DNA from: a virus | DNA length: 64,000 nt | Virus record (IMG/VR): IMGVR_UViG_3300002595_000019 | Coordinates: 19,513-83,512 of that record | Reading direction: 5' to 3' (one strand) | Shown: piece after piece, positions 27,919 to 37,596 of the stretch | Layout of the letters: each line of letters begins with the position of its first letter | Position numbering within the stretch: position 1 is the first letter of the stretch | The notes under the pieces: generated by a model | What the model saw: only the letters and a program-made list of their open reading frames with translations | Databases searched by the model: none | What the model was told of the DNA's origin: nothing | Made by a program: the position numbers and the translations under genes

Positions 27919-29610
27919 ATGAGCGTTTTAATTGATAACAGCATTACGATTTATGAGGCTCTTGAGCATATCAAAGACGGAAAATATGTTATGCCAGCAT
28001 TCCAAAGACAGTATGTATGGAGTATGGAACAGATTGAAAAACTGTGGGACTCCATTCTTTTGGATTATCCTATCGCCACTTTCCTGTTCTGGCACGTGGA
28101 TGATGACAATGTGAGCTGGGACACCTATTTCTGTAATTTCCTGTCTGAGGTTACCTTTGATAGCAGAAAACAGGCTGACAGCGTAAATTATGAATTAAGC
28201 AATATCGATGTTAAGATGACCGATACGGCAGTTCTGGACGGGCAGCAGAGACTTACCTCTCTGTTTTTATCCCTTTTCGGACGTGCCTATATCAGACAAA
28301 AACACGCAAGAAAAAAGATTGTTGGCGGCACGGTTGTAAAATTGCTTATCGAACTGAATAAGCACAAACTGACCGTTGACGAGGAAGAATATAACAGTAA
28401 AAAATATGACATCAAGTTTACTGAGAAGGTAGGTAAACTGAGTCCTACACAATTTGAAATCCGTGAAATCCTCAGTGATAAATTCCGTGACGATACTACG
28501 AGAGAACAAGCCATTGAGTCAGCCATTTCTAATGTTCCGGCTGACAGCAAAGAGTATGCTCGTGATATCCTCAATAAACTGTATAACAAGATTTTTGTGG
28601 AAAAGTTAATCCGCTATACAGAAATCCAGGATATGAAACAAGACGATGCTCTGGAAATGTTCGTCCGTTTCAACAGTGGTGGTAAGGCTTTGAAAAAGCA
28701 CGAAATTACGATGTCCATTTTGGAGGCATATTGGCCTAATGCAAAAACAGAGTTCGGAAGACTGCTCGTAGATTCCTATGTTGGATTCGGTTCTGATTTT
28801 ATCGTTCGTTCTGCCCTTATGCTTTATGGTGATGTTGTAAAATCCAATATCAATAAGCAGATTGCAGAAGACCTCAAAAACAATTGGCAGGATTTTAAGA
28901 AGACCCTCAAGAACCTGGAATCAGTACTGAAAGACATGAAAATTGAGGTCAGCCGTTTTTCAAGTAGTTGGAACGTTCTGTTGCCTATTATTTATTTTAT
29001 GTATTACAACCCGGACTATGCAAATAACCTGGACGGTATTAGAGCCTACTTGATTAGAGCGGTTCTGTTCACTTATTTCCAATCCGGTACCACAAGTAAG
29101 CTGCAGCAGATGAAGAGCAATATCAATGATAATGAATATGAAATCACGGTAGATATGCTTGAGCAGATGAATGACCTGCGTGTAACCGACGGCAAAATTG
29201 ATGATATTATCAATTCCGAAAAAGGTAGCCGTGTTGCGGGTGAGGCACTCTACTTCCTGGGTCTTGATTGGATAAACAAAAACTTCAAGTATGAGCAAGA
29301 CCATCTGCATCCTTATGACAGATTTGACAGTACAAAGCCGATTTCTGTATCTATGGATGATTGGCGCAGATGGCGTGGCAACAGAAACCGTCTGCCAAAC
29401 CTTCAGCTGTTGGAAGGCAGAAGTAATGGTAGCAAGAATGCTATGCGCCTTGTGGACTACTACAACGATATGAATGATGAGCAGAAGGCAGTGTTTCACA
29501 AAGAGGCCCTTATACCAGATGGAGTTTCTCTCGAATTGGAAAATTTCGAAGAGTTCTACGAAAAACGTAAGGAACTGCTAACGGCAAAAATCCGTCAGTT
29601 ATTAGGATAA
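27919..29610 (+). CDS. GmrSD-like protein (DUF262 + C-terminal HNH/DUF1524)
   Basis: MPAFQRQYVWS, LDGQQRLTSL, RFNSGG..L; EQDHLHP..NLQLL...NGSKN. Confidence 0.88.
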   Translation: MSVLIDNSITIYEALEHIKDGKYVMPAFQRQYVWSMEQIEKLWDSILLDYPIATFLFWHVDDDNVSWDTYFCNFLSEVTFDSRKQADSVNYELSNIDVKMTDTAVLDGQQRLTSLFLSLFGRAYIRQKHARKKIVGGTVVKLLIELNKHKLTVDEEEYNSKKYDIKFTEKVGKLSPTQFEIREILSDKFRDDTTREQAIESAISNVPADSKEYARDILNKLYNKIFVEKLIRYTEIQDMKQDDALEMFVRFNSGGKALKKHEITMSILEAYWPNAKTEFGRLLVDSYVGFGSDFIVRSALMLYGDVVKSNINKQIAEDLKNNWQDFKKTLKNLESVLKDMKIEVSRFSSSWNVLLPIIYFMYYNPDYANNLDGIRAYLIRAVLFTYFQSGTTSKLQQMKSNINDNEYEITVDMLEQMNDLRVTDGKIDDIINSEKGSRVAGEALYFLGLDWINKNFKYEQDHLHPYDRFDSTKPISVSMDDWRRWRGNRNRLPNLQLLEGRSNGSKNAMRLVDYYNDMNDEQKAVFHKEALIPDGVSLELENFEEFYEKRKELLTAKIRQLLG

Positions 29611-29642
29611 AACAATCATAAATAGAATGGAGGTGTACCACA

Positions 29643-31181
29643 GTGGCTGATATGAAACAGATACACGATTTCGCTGTGAAATGGTGCGATAAGTTCAGAG
29701 ACCAGAACATAAACTACATAGAACTCGTTGACCACTATATGGCTGACGATTGTGCTGCTCTTGGCTTTGAGATGGACTGTGGTCATGCCTTTTCAGAAAA
29801 ATATAGTAATGCAGCAAATAATCATGAGGCTTTGGATAGGATTATTGATGATGTGACCGATATTACCTTGCTTGGCTCTGCAATCTATTCCCAATGGCGC
29901 TATTTCAATCATTGGGCATACACAGGTGCAGAAATTTTAGAACCACAAAATCGTGCCTGGTTTATTTTGGCGTTAAGCAGATTAGCTATGCTTTCCGGAG
30001 ATAATCCGTTTATCTTCCAAGGAACCCTTAAAAAGATGCGTGTCATTTCTAACAATATTTGCTATGGTCCTATGCCAGAGCCGAATGAAGAAGTGGAACA
30101 GCATTTGACTATCAACAATGAAGGCCGTGTTTGGTTTTCTGGATATAATTTTGGTTGTGGCGGAGAACGATATGAGAAAGCCAGAAGTAAGAACTTCAAG
30201 ATAGACAAAGATGCCACGGACAAGCTGTTTGATGCGATTGCAGCTTATTTTGGCAATGAGTATATGGAAGTTTTCGCTACAGATATTGGTGATTGGGTTA
30301 TGGAACTGACCAATTCTGAAGGAATGACATACAAATTCAGAGGCTCTCTGTGTGCCGACTTCGACTATGAAGGTAAAGATTTATCCGACCTCGTCCGTGA
30401 TACAGTGGGTATGGATGATTTGTATGTGTTTGATGGAAACTGCAAACCGGATGTGATAACAAAAGTCACCTTAGATTACCACAGGCTGACAAAAATTGAA
30501 CCACGACACAAACCGGAAGATGCAGATTGGAAATTTGTAACCTGGGATTATACCGAGCATTTGGTTATCGACAGAGAAACGGAAACATTAGAGCATATTC
30601 AGAATATCGGTACAGGATGTAAGGTTTCACGTAAGTATGAAATCGAAGGCGGAATCGAGAGTCTGCTTGAGAATTTTGATGCAGAAGAGTTGTTTAGTCA
30701 CATCGAAGGAAATCCCGATGATGTAATAGATACACCAAACGAAACCAAGGATTATACAATAACCATCGAGTATAAGAAAAATCCGAGCCGTACCATTGCG
30801 GGTAGCTACGATAAAAATGGTCTGCCGGAGGACTTCGCAGATTTTGCGGAAACGGTGTTTGACTTCATTCGTTTCTATGGTTTAGGAGAAATACTTGACC
30901 CATCAGTTTATGGCAAAGTAAAACGGCGCAAATCAGAATACATCTTTTGCAGCGTTACTTTTGATGAAGGTTACAAGAGTTATTATTATCTGACAGATGA
31001 TGATAGCATTGAAATTGGTGACTTCGTGCTTGTGCCTGCAGGTAAGGATAACCATGAGGCGGTTGTAGAGGTAGTGAATATTGAGTATTTCAGTGAAGAA
31101 AATGTGCCTCTACCTATTGAAAAAACAAAGAGAATCATCCGTAAGTGTACGGACGAGGATTTCGACCCGCCTGTAGCGTAA
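29643..31181 (+). CDS. Multidomain hypothetical protein
   Basis: 512-aa ORF, SD GGAGG, GTG start. Confidence 0.75.
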   Translation: MADMKQIHDFAVKWCDKFRDQNINYIELVDHYMADDCAALGFEMDCGHAFSEKYSNAANNHEALDRIIDDVTDITLLGSAIYSQWRYFNHWAYTGAEILEPQNRAWFILALSRLAMLSGDNPFIFQGTLKKMRVISNNICYGPMPEPNEEVEQHLTINNEGRVWFSGYNFGCGGERYEKARSKNFKIDKDATDKLFDAIAAYFGNEYMEVFATDIGDWVMELTNSEGMTYKFRGSLCADFDYEGKDLSDLVRDTVGMDDLYVFDGNCKPDVITKVTLDYHRLTKIEPRHKPEDADWKFVTWDYTEHLVIDRETETLEHIQNIGTGCKVSRKYEIEGGIESLLENFDAEELFSHIEGNPDDVIDTPNETKDYTITIEYKKNPSRTIAGSYDKNGLPEDFADFAETVFDFIRFYGLGEILDPSVYGKVKRRKSEYIFCSVTFDEGYKSYYYLTDDDSIEIGDFVLVPAGKDNHEAVVEVVNIEYFSEENVPLPIEKTKRIIRKCTDEDFDPPVA

Positions 31182-31226
31182 GCGGAAAATTTGAATTTTT
31201 ATGAGAGAAAAGGATGGCATTGGGTA

Positions 31227-31850
31227 ATGTTAATTTGGTTAATAATAGGATTAGTTGCAGCAATTATTATGTTTGTAGGAGATATGTTGCTCTATTATGA
31301 TAAAAAAGATTATGTGTCAGATGGAACATTTCATACTGTAATATCCTTAATGAAGAATATATCTGATAAGCGGTTATATAGTGGAGGCATTATAGGCCCA
31401 ATAGCTGCTTTTTTATATTGTTTGGGATACATGCATATATTCTATATTATTCCTAAGAGTTGTTTTACGGTATCGGTAATTTGTTTCATGTTATGCAGTT
31501 TGGCTATTGTCGTGGGCGGTGCGTATCATAGCCATTGTTCGTATTTAGGCATTATTGGTAAAATTGATGACGAGAAATCCATGAATTCTGTTATAAAATA
31601 TTTTAGCGCAATAAATATGGTTTCTATGATTTTTCAAGTGATTGGTTTATTGATATTGGCAGTTCTCATTGTTGGTGGATTTACGATATTACCGAGATGG
31701 ATGGTACTATTAACGCCGGGGGTGTTGTATTTACTACTTCCTCTATGGAAGCGTCTGCCTAAAGGAATTCATATTATTGTTTGTGGAGGATGGGCTAATC
31801 TGATTTTTGTAATATATTATATGGCGTTGATTTTATATTATTTTATTTGA
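31227..31850 (+). CDS. Multi-pass membrane protein (DUF6796-like, tentative)
   Basis: About six hydrophobic segments; start uncertain (31191-31227). Confidence 0.7.
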   Translation: MLIWLIIGLVAAIIMFVGDMLLYYDKKDYVSDGTFHTVISLMKNISDKRLYSGGIIGPIAAFLYCLGYMHIFYIIPKSCFTVSVICFMLCSLAIVVGGAYHSHCSYLGIIGKIDDEKSMNSVIKYFSAINMVSMIFQVIGLLILAVLIVGGFTILPRWMVLLTPGVLYLLLPLWKRLPKGIHIIVCGGWANLIFVIYYMALILYYFI

Positions 31851-31931
31851 TGAATTTGAATTTTCGTGATTACTTGTGATATAGGGATTCTGATGTTTAA
31901 CAAATAAAAAGTAAAAAACTATGGAGGATAT

Positions 31932-32681
31932 ATGAAATTTATAGAAGAAGGTTTGAAAGATGCACCAGTGATTATGCTTATCCATGGTATGGGTTGTTCT
32001 GGTGAACATTCATTTAGAAATACTGTGATAAAACTAAAAAACGAATACAGAACCATTATTGTATGCCTTGATGGGTATGACAGCAGTGAATTCCCTTTTT
32101 CTTCAATATCTAATCAATCAGAAAAAATAGCGAAGTATGTCATTGAGAAATATAATGGGAAAATACATTTAATACTTGGAATGTCCATGGGAGGATTTAT
32201 TACAATAGACCTTTTGAGTAGATTTAACATAGAATGCGATAAGGTAATATTGGATAGTGGATACATGAAACCATGGACAAGATTTAATGCAAAAATTATG
32301 TCCAAAATGGTTTCTTGGGGATTTGATAAGTTAATAAAAAGTAAAAGTAATCTAATTATTGAAAAAACAATGCAAACGTCAATGGGATATTGCTTCAAAA
32401 AAGAAGATTTATGTTCTGATGCAACAAAAGTAACGTTAAAGAATAGTGAATATTCATGTCTTACATATCAATTACCAGAACTCTCAAAATTGGAAACTAT
32501 GAGTGTTGAATACTGGTATGGAAAAAAGGATAAGAATATGATTGAAGGAATGAAGGAAATAAAAAAACAACTTCCTAATATGAAAGAGATTTGTTTTGGA
32601 GACTACGGTCATGGAGAATTTATGTTTGAACACCCTGAAGAATACGCTGATATGGTTATTAAATCAGTAAAGAATTGTTAA
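31932..32681 (+). CDS. Alpha/beta hydrolase
   Basis: LIHGMG, GMSMGG nucleophile elbow, YGHGE. Confidence 0.88.
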   Translation: MKFIEEGLKDAPVIMLIHGMGCSGEHSFRNTVIKLKNEYRTIIVCLDGYDSSEFPFSSISNQSEKIAKYVIEKYNGKIHLILGMSMGGFITIDLLSRFNIECDKVILDSGYMKPWTRFNAKIMSKMVSWGFDKLIKSKSNLIIEKTMQTSMGYCFKKEDLCSDATKVTLKNSEYSCLTYQLPELSKLETMSVEYWYGKKDKNMIEGMKEIKKQLPNMKEICFGDYGHGEFMFEHPEEYADMVIKSVKNC

Positions 32682-32748
32682 GTGGCTAAATGAGAGTTAA
32701 CTTTCAGTAATACAAAGAGAAAGCTTTGAAGTTGGTGGTGATTTATAA

Positions 32749-33114
32749 ATGGACTTAAAAGCAAGAGCAAAGAAATTGAAAACGGATATACCTGCTTTGT
32801 TTTTAACATTAAAGGATAAGGATACACCGATACTTGCAAAAATATTTGCTGGAATAACAGTGGTGTATGCGTTGTCACCAGTTGATTTAGTTCCTGATTT
32901 TATACCTGTGCTTGGATATTTGGATGATGTAATTCTGTTACCAATGCTAGTTGCATTAACAATTAAATTTGTTCCAAAGGATGTGCTTGAAAGAAATCGT
33001 AAGCAAGCAGAAGGTATGTGGAGGGATGGCAAACCTAAGAAGTGGTGTTATGCTATTCCGATTGTAATGATATGGATTTTGATAATAGTATTGATACTGA
33101 AAGTAGTTATGTAA
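32749..33114 (+). CDS. YkvA/DUF1232 family membrane protein
   Basis: YALSPVDLVPDFIPVLGYLDD. Confidence 0.9.
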   Translation: MDLKARAKKLKTDIPALFLTLKDKDTPILAKIFAGITVVYALSPVDLVPDFIPVLGYLDDVILLPMLVALTIKFVPKDVLERNRKQAEGMWRDGKPKKWCYAIPIVMIWILIIVLILKVVM

Positions 33115-33146
33115 GTAGAATTTGAATTTGACGGAGGTAATATTGT

Positions 33147-33560
33147 ATGTGGTTTGTATTCGCGTTACTGTCTGCAATATTTGCAGCACTTACCTCTATA
33201 CTGGCAAAGGTCGGCATAGATGGAGTAAACTCAAATCTTGCAACTGCAATCAGAACTGTTGTGGTTGTAGTTATGGCTTGGGGAATGGTGTTTTTGACAA
33301 ATGCACAAAATGGTATAACAGAAATTAGTAGAAAGAGCTGGATATTCTTAATTTTGTCAGGCTTAGCAACAGGAGCTTCTTGGCTATGTTACTACAAAGC
33401 ATTACAGATTGGGGATGCGTCAAAAGTTGTACCGATAGATAAATTAAGTGTAGTAATTACTTTAGTATTGGCATTTGTGTTTTTACACGAAGAGTTTACA
33501 ATTAAATCGTTGATAGGATGCATTTTGATTGGAATAGGAACATTGATAATGGTTTTGTGA
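33147..33560 (+). CDS. EamA family small transporter
   Basis: LAKVG..VNSNLATAIRT, YYKALQIG.ASKVVPIDKLS. Confidence 0.9.
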   Translation: MWFVFALLSAIFAALTSILAKVGIDGVNSNLATAIRTVVVVVMAWGMVFLTNAQNGITEISRKSWIFLILSGLATGASWLCYYKALQIGDASKVVPIDKLSVVITLVLAFVFLHEEFTIKSLIGCILIGIGTLIMVL

Positions 33561-33589
33561 TTTTTACATAGAACAGAAAATTTCAGTTT

Positions 33590-33647
33590 TATGGATATGT
33601 TTCCACAAACGACTAAACAACGGAAAAGGCTATGGATATGTTCCCAC
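33590..33647 (+). repeat. 17-bp direct repeat TATGGATATGTTYCCAC (att-core-like, mimics rlmD DMFP codons)
   Basis: Copies at 33590-33606 and 33631-33647. Confidence 0.8.
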
Positions 33648-33782
33648 GCTCGTAAAATCAGCAAAGACATTCAGCCTATCCTATCGAGCCACGTTGAGAC
33701 GTGCGTACTACTATATAATAAAGAATATTACGAGAAGGAAGTTAAGGGGAAAGTGAAGGCTGAAGTGGTGACGGAAGTATAA
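33591..33782 (+). pseudogene. rlmD: Displaced 3' end of 23S rRNA m5U methyltransferase gene, interrupted by att scar
   Basis: MDMFPQT-[~25 aa insert]-HVETCVLL matches the RlmD/RumA C-terminal VDMFPHT.HVE.V.LL motif. Confidence 0.7.
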
Positions 33783-33802
33783 ATCGATATTTATGTATTA
33801 TA

Positions 33803-33836
33803 AAGGGCATCTAGTTTTACAGCTAGGTGCTTTTTT
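33803..33836 (+). terminator. Terminator after rlmD remnant
   Basis: GCATCTAG / CTAGGTGC stem + TTTTTT. Confidence 0.8.
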
Positions 33837-33887
33837 AGTGCGTAAATAACAGAATGTCAATATAATTCCATTAATTTCATAAAAGTA

Positions 33888-33938
33888 ATTGACTTAGACA
33901 ATAAATAGTACTATAATAATTATATTGACTTAGACAAT
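33888..33938 (+). promoter_or_regulatory. Sigma-A promoter with two identical 15-bp operator-like boxes
   Basis: TTGACT(33889)-17-TATAAT(33912); ATTGACTTAGACAAT at 33888 and 33924. Confidence 0.8.
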
Positions 33939-33957
33939 TTTTTAGGGAGGTGGATGA

Positions 33958-34551
33958 TTGTTAGGATTAGAATACATTTTAGGTTTGTATAATATGCAGC
34001 ATATAGAACTGGCAGAAAAATTAGGAATAAAAAAGCAAAATATAAACCTTTGGATTAAAGGAAAACAAAATATTCCTAAAAAATATCTCCCTGTACTAGA
34101 AGAGCTTTTTGGAATAGATAAAGAGTATTTTATTAAAGAGTTGACTGAAATAGAAAAGTTGGAAATTCAAAAAGAAAAGTTAAAAAAAGATTTGAAACCA
34201 GTTATCAAAAGCCATGAACAGCAGTTTATGATTGGAGAGATTAATGACTTAGTAGAAGTACCGATATATGATAAAGAAGAAATGAATACCATTGAGCGAA
34301 ACATCGAAAAGGCAAAGCTCGTATCAAGATTTAAAGAAGCACTAGATATTATTGATAATAATCCATATATGGATACATATAAGCTGATGATAGAGTTGTT
34401 AGAAAAGGTTCAACATGAGGTGGTTCTCCATAAGACCATTGAAGCATTAGCCCATTATTATGAAGTATTACCAGACTGGGTGGTGAGTGAACCTGAACAA
34501 GAAGAATTTGAGGAAGAACTATTTGAAGTATTTGATGATCATAATTTTTAA
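33958..34551 (+). CDS. XRE-family HTH transcriptional regulator
   Basis: [24 protein letters not shown]. Confidence 0.85.
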   Translation: MLGLEYILGLYNMQHIELAEKLGIKKQNINLWIKGKQNIPKKYLPVLEELFGIDKEYFIKELTEIEKLEIQKEKLKKDLKPVIKSHEQQFMIGEINDLVEVPIYDKEEMNTIERNIEKAKLVSRFKEALDIIDNNPYMDTYKLMIELLEKVQHEVVLHKTIEALAHYYEVLPDWVVSEPEQEEFEEELFEVFDDHNF

Positions 34552-34571
34552 GTAAAGGGAGGACAAAACAA

Positions 34572-36089
34572 ATGTCAACAGGCAATATTGGATTTGAAGA
34601 AACACTATGGAAAGCAGCTGATAAACTAAGAGGAAGTATGGACGCTAGTGATTATAAGCACGTAGTATTGGGGTTACTCTTCCTGAAATACATCTCTGAT
34701 AAATTTGAAACAAAATACAATCAACTTTTAGAAGAAGGGGATGGATTCGAAGAAGACCGAGATGAATATACTTATGAGAATATCTTTTGGGTTCCCAAAG
34801 AAGCAAGATGGGATTATATCAAAGACAATGCCAAAGACCCTAAAGTAGGGCAGTATATTGATGATGCCATGATTCTCATTGAAAAAGAAAATCCAACCCT
34901 AAAAGGGGTATTAGATAAAAGATATGCGAGACCAGAGCTGGATAAAAGAAGGCTTGGAGAGCTTATTGATTTGATTTCTACGATTAAACTTCATCAAAAC
35001 GGAGAAAAGGATTTACTGGGTAGAGTATACGAATACTTCTTGGGTAAATTTGCTAGTGCTGAAGGAAAAGGCGGTGGAGAGTTCTATACACCCACAAGCG
35101 TTGTTAAGACTTTGGTTGAAATGATAGAACCTTATCAAGGTAGAATCTATGATCCTTGTTGTGGTTCAGGTGGAATGTTTGTTCAAAGTGAAAAATTTGT
35201 TGAAGAACATCAAGGGAAAATAGAAAACCTTTCAATATACGGTCAAGAACTAAATTCAACGACTTGGAAACTATGTAAAATGAATCTTGCCATCAGAGGT
35301 TTAGATAGTAATTTAGGAGATCACCATGATGACACCTTCCATAATGATTTGCATAAAACATTGAAAGCTGACTATATCTTAGCAAACCCACCTTTCAATA
35401 TTAGTGATTGGGGTGGAGATAAATTAACAGATGATGTGAGATGGAAATATGGAACACCACCAACAGGAAATGCTAACTATGCATGGCTTCAACATATGGT
35501 TTATCATCTAGCACCAAATGGGGTTGCAGGAGTTGTTCTGGCCAATGGAGCATTGAGCTCTAACACTTCAAACGAAGGAGAAATCAGAAAAAGTTTATTA
35601 GAAGATGACAAAGTTGATGCGATTGTAGCATTGCCTGATAAGTTGTTTTATTCTACAGGAATACCGGTTTCATTATGGATATTAAATAGAAACAAAAAAG
35701 ACAATCCAAAGTTTAGAAGCAGAGAGGATGAGATACTTTTTATCGATGCGAGAAGCTTGGGAGAAATGATTGATAGAAGACATAGGGAATTAAAAGAAGA
35801 GGATATTAAAAAGATTGCAGACACTTATCATCAGTGGAGAAATGTTGATAGTAACTATGAAGATATAAAAGGTTTCTGTAAATCAGCGAAACTTGAAGAC
35901 GTAAGAGAACATGAATATGTATTAACTCCAGGAAGATATGTAGGAATTGAAGATATAGAAGATGATGGCATACCTTTTGAAGAAAAAATGGAGAATATGA
36001 CCAGTGAATTAGGAGAGTTATTTGCTAAGTCTAGACGCCTAGAAGAGGAGATCAGAAAGAATCTAGGGGGGATTGGGTATGAGTTTTAA
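34572..36089 (+). CDS. hsdM: Type I R-M methyltransferase subunit
   Basis: [30 protein letters not shown]. Confidence 0.95.
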   Translation: MSTGNIGFEETLWKAADKLRGSMDASDYKHVVLGLLFLKYISDKFETKYNQLLEEGDGFEEDRDEYTYENIFWVPKEARWDYIKDNAKDPKVGQYIDDAMILIEKENPTLKGVLDKRYARPELDKRRLGELIDLISTIKLHQNGEKDLLGRVYEYFLGKFASAEGKGGGEFYTPTSVVKTLVEMIEPYQGRIYDPCCGSGGMFVQSEKFVEEHQGKIENLSIYGQELNSTTWKLCKMNLAIRGLDSNLGDHHDDTFHNDLHKTLKADYILANPPFNISDWGGDKLTDDVRWKYGTPPTGNANYAWLQHMVYHLAPNGVAGVVLANGALSSNTSNEGEIRKSLLEDDKVDAIVALPDKLFYSTGIPVSLWILNRNKKDNPKFRSREDEILFIDARSLGEMIDRRHRELKEEDIKKIADTYHQWRNVDSNYEDIKGFCKSAKLEDVREHEYVLTPGRYVGIEDIEDDGIPFEEKMENMTSELGELFAKSRRLEEEIRKNLGGIGYEF

Positions 36090-37371
36090 GAAAACGGAAG
36101 TCGGAAGGATACCAGATGTATGGGATGTTAAGATGATTCAGGAAATTGGTGAGGTTATAAGTGGAGGAACTCCTAAGACAAAAGAAAATTCTTATTGGGA
36201 TGGAAATATTTCATGGATAACACCAAAAGACTTATCAAGCTTTACGGAAAGATATATAGATAGAGGAGAAAGAAGTATTACTGAAGAGGGCTTGAAAAAT
36301 TCAAGCACAAAGCTTTTACCAAAAGGTACAGTTTTGTTTAGTTCAAGAGCTCCAATTGGATATTTAGCAATTGCAAAAAAAGAATTATGTACAAATCAAG
36401 GATTTAAAAATATTGTATGTAACAAAAATTATTCTAATAATGAGTTTTTATACTATATGTTAAAAGCTAAGAAAAATAAAATTGAAAGTATAGCTGGGGG
36501 GTCTACGTTTAAAGAGGTTTCAGGAAAAGTTGTAAAAGAATTCAAAATACCTGTACCACCTTTACCAGAACAAAAAGCCATAGCCCACATTCTCTCAACC
36601 CTAGACGAAAAAATCGAAGTCAACAACCAAATCAATAAAACCCTTGAAAACATGGCACAAGCAATTTTTAAACAATGGTTTGTAGATTTTGAATTTCCAA
36701 ATGAGGATGGAGAACCCTATAAATCCAGTGGTGGTGAGATGGTTGAAAGTGAACTTGGGATGATACCTAAGGGTTGGGAAGTTAGGAATTTAAAAGAAAT
36801 AGCTGATATGAAAAATGGTGTTAACTATGGTAGAGATCAAGAAGGAAAAGAAATCAAGGTAGTGAATGTTAGAGATTTCGATGGGGCAATGTTGGTAAAT
36901 GATTACAAATTAGATAAAGTATTCTTGTCGGATAAACAGATTAATGATTACCTGTTATCAATATTTGATACTATAGTGGTAAGAAGTGCAAAACCTGGAG
37001 AAACGTTATTAGTAATGAATGAATTGGATAAGGTGTATTCAGGATTTACAATTAGGGTTAGGGCAAAGGAGGATCAAAATAAGATTTATCTATTTAATTG
37101 TTTAAGAAGGGGGATGGAAGTACTTAACAATTCCTCTAATGGAACAGTGTTTAAAAATTTAAACCAGCAGATACTCGGGTCATTAAAAATTAATCTACCT
37201 CATAATGAAATTATTAACAAATTCAACAGAGTAATAAAACCTCTTTTCAGGAAGATTAATCACCTAATGGATGAGATCGTTGTATTGATACAAATCAGAG
37301 ACACACTCCTTCCAAAACTCATGTCAGGAGAAATCAGAGTACCGCTTAAAGAAGAAGGTGAAGTGTCATGA
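36079..37371 (+). CDS. hsdS: Type I R-M specificity subunit
   Basis: Two TRDs; [23 protein letters not shown]. Confidence 0.95.
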   Translation: MSFKKTEVGRIPDVWDVKMIQEIGEVISGGTPKTKENSYWDGNISWITPKDLSSFTERYIDRGERSITEEGLKNSSTKLLPKGTVLFSSRAPIGYLAIAKKELCTNQGFKNIVCNKNYSNNEFLYYMLKAKKNKIESIAGGSTFKEVSGKVVKEFKIPVPPLPEQKAIAHILSTLDEKIEVNNQINKTLENMAQAIFKQWFVDFEFPNEDGEPYKSSGGEMVESELGMIPKGWEVRNLKEIADMKNGVNYGRDQEGKEIKVVNVRDFDGAMLVNDYKLDKVFLSDKQINDYLLSIFDTIVVRSAKPGETLLVMNELDKVYSGFTIRVRAKEDQNKIYLFNCLRRGMEVLNNSSNGTVFKNLNQQILGSLKINLPHNEIINKFNRVIKPLFRKINHLMDEIVVLIQIRDTLLPKLMSGEIRVPLKEEGEVS

Positions 37372-37571
37372 AATTTGGTATTAGAAAACCAAGTTTAAAG
37401 AAACGAATATCTGCAAGAACAAGCATAAAGAGACAAGTTGTCCATAGAGCAGGATTAAAAATGCCTAGAGGTTGGGGATGGCTTAGAAATCCAAAGAAAT
37501 ATGCGTACAATAAGGTATATAACAAAACATCTTTTGATATTTTTAAATTGATTAAAAAACTTTTTAAATAA
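37368..37571 (+). CDS. Small very basic conserved hypothetical protein
   Basis: Coupled ATGA start; [32 protein letters not shown]. Confidence 0.7.
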   Translation: MKFGIRKPSLKKRISARTSIKRQVVHRAGLKMPRGWGWLRNPKKYAYNKVYNKTSFDIFKLIKKLFK

Positions 37572-37596
37572 TTGGAGTTCGAAAGGGGGAAGGAAC

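Larger units (their letters stand above)
1..33590 (+). mobile_element. Prophage 1: right part of a Clostridia siphovirus prophage (gene order reminiscent of Phi-m46.1/Phi-SsUD.1-type rumA-integrating prophages); left end outside window
   Basis: Co-oriented methylases, terminase, portal, capsid, tail, lysis and serine recombinases, then cargo, ending at an rlmD-like att scar at 33590. Confidence 0.9.
31186..33590. repeat. Five copies of a 14-bp quasi-palindrome (RAAYT-TS-ARTTT) at every gene boundary of a four-gene AT-rich array
   Basis: 31186 AAAATTTGAATTTT; 31851 TGAATTTGAATTTT; 32698 TAACTTTCAGTAAT (degenerate); 33117 AGAATTTGAATTTG; 33577 AAAATTTCAGTTTT. Confidence 0.7.

Noticed and set aside
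31186-33590. Classical integron
   Set aside because: No IntI-type integrase nearby and no attC (RYYYAAC..GTTRRRY) hairpins; reported instead as a different cassette-like pattern
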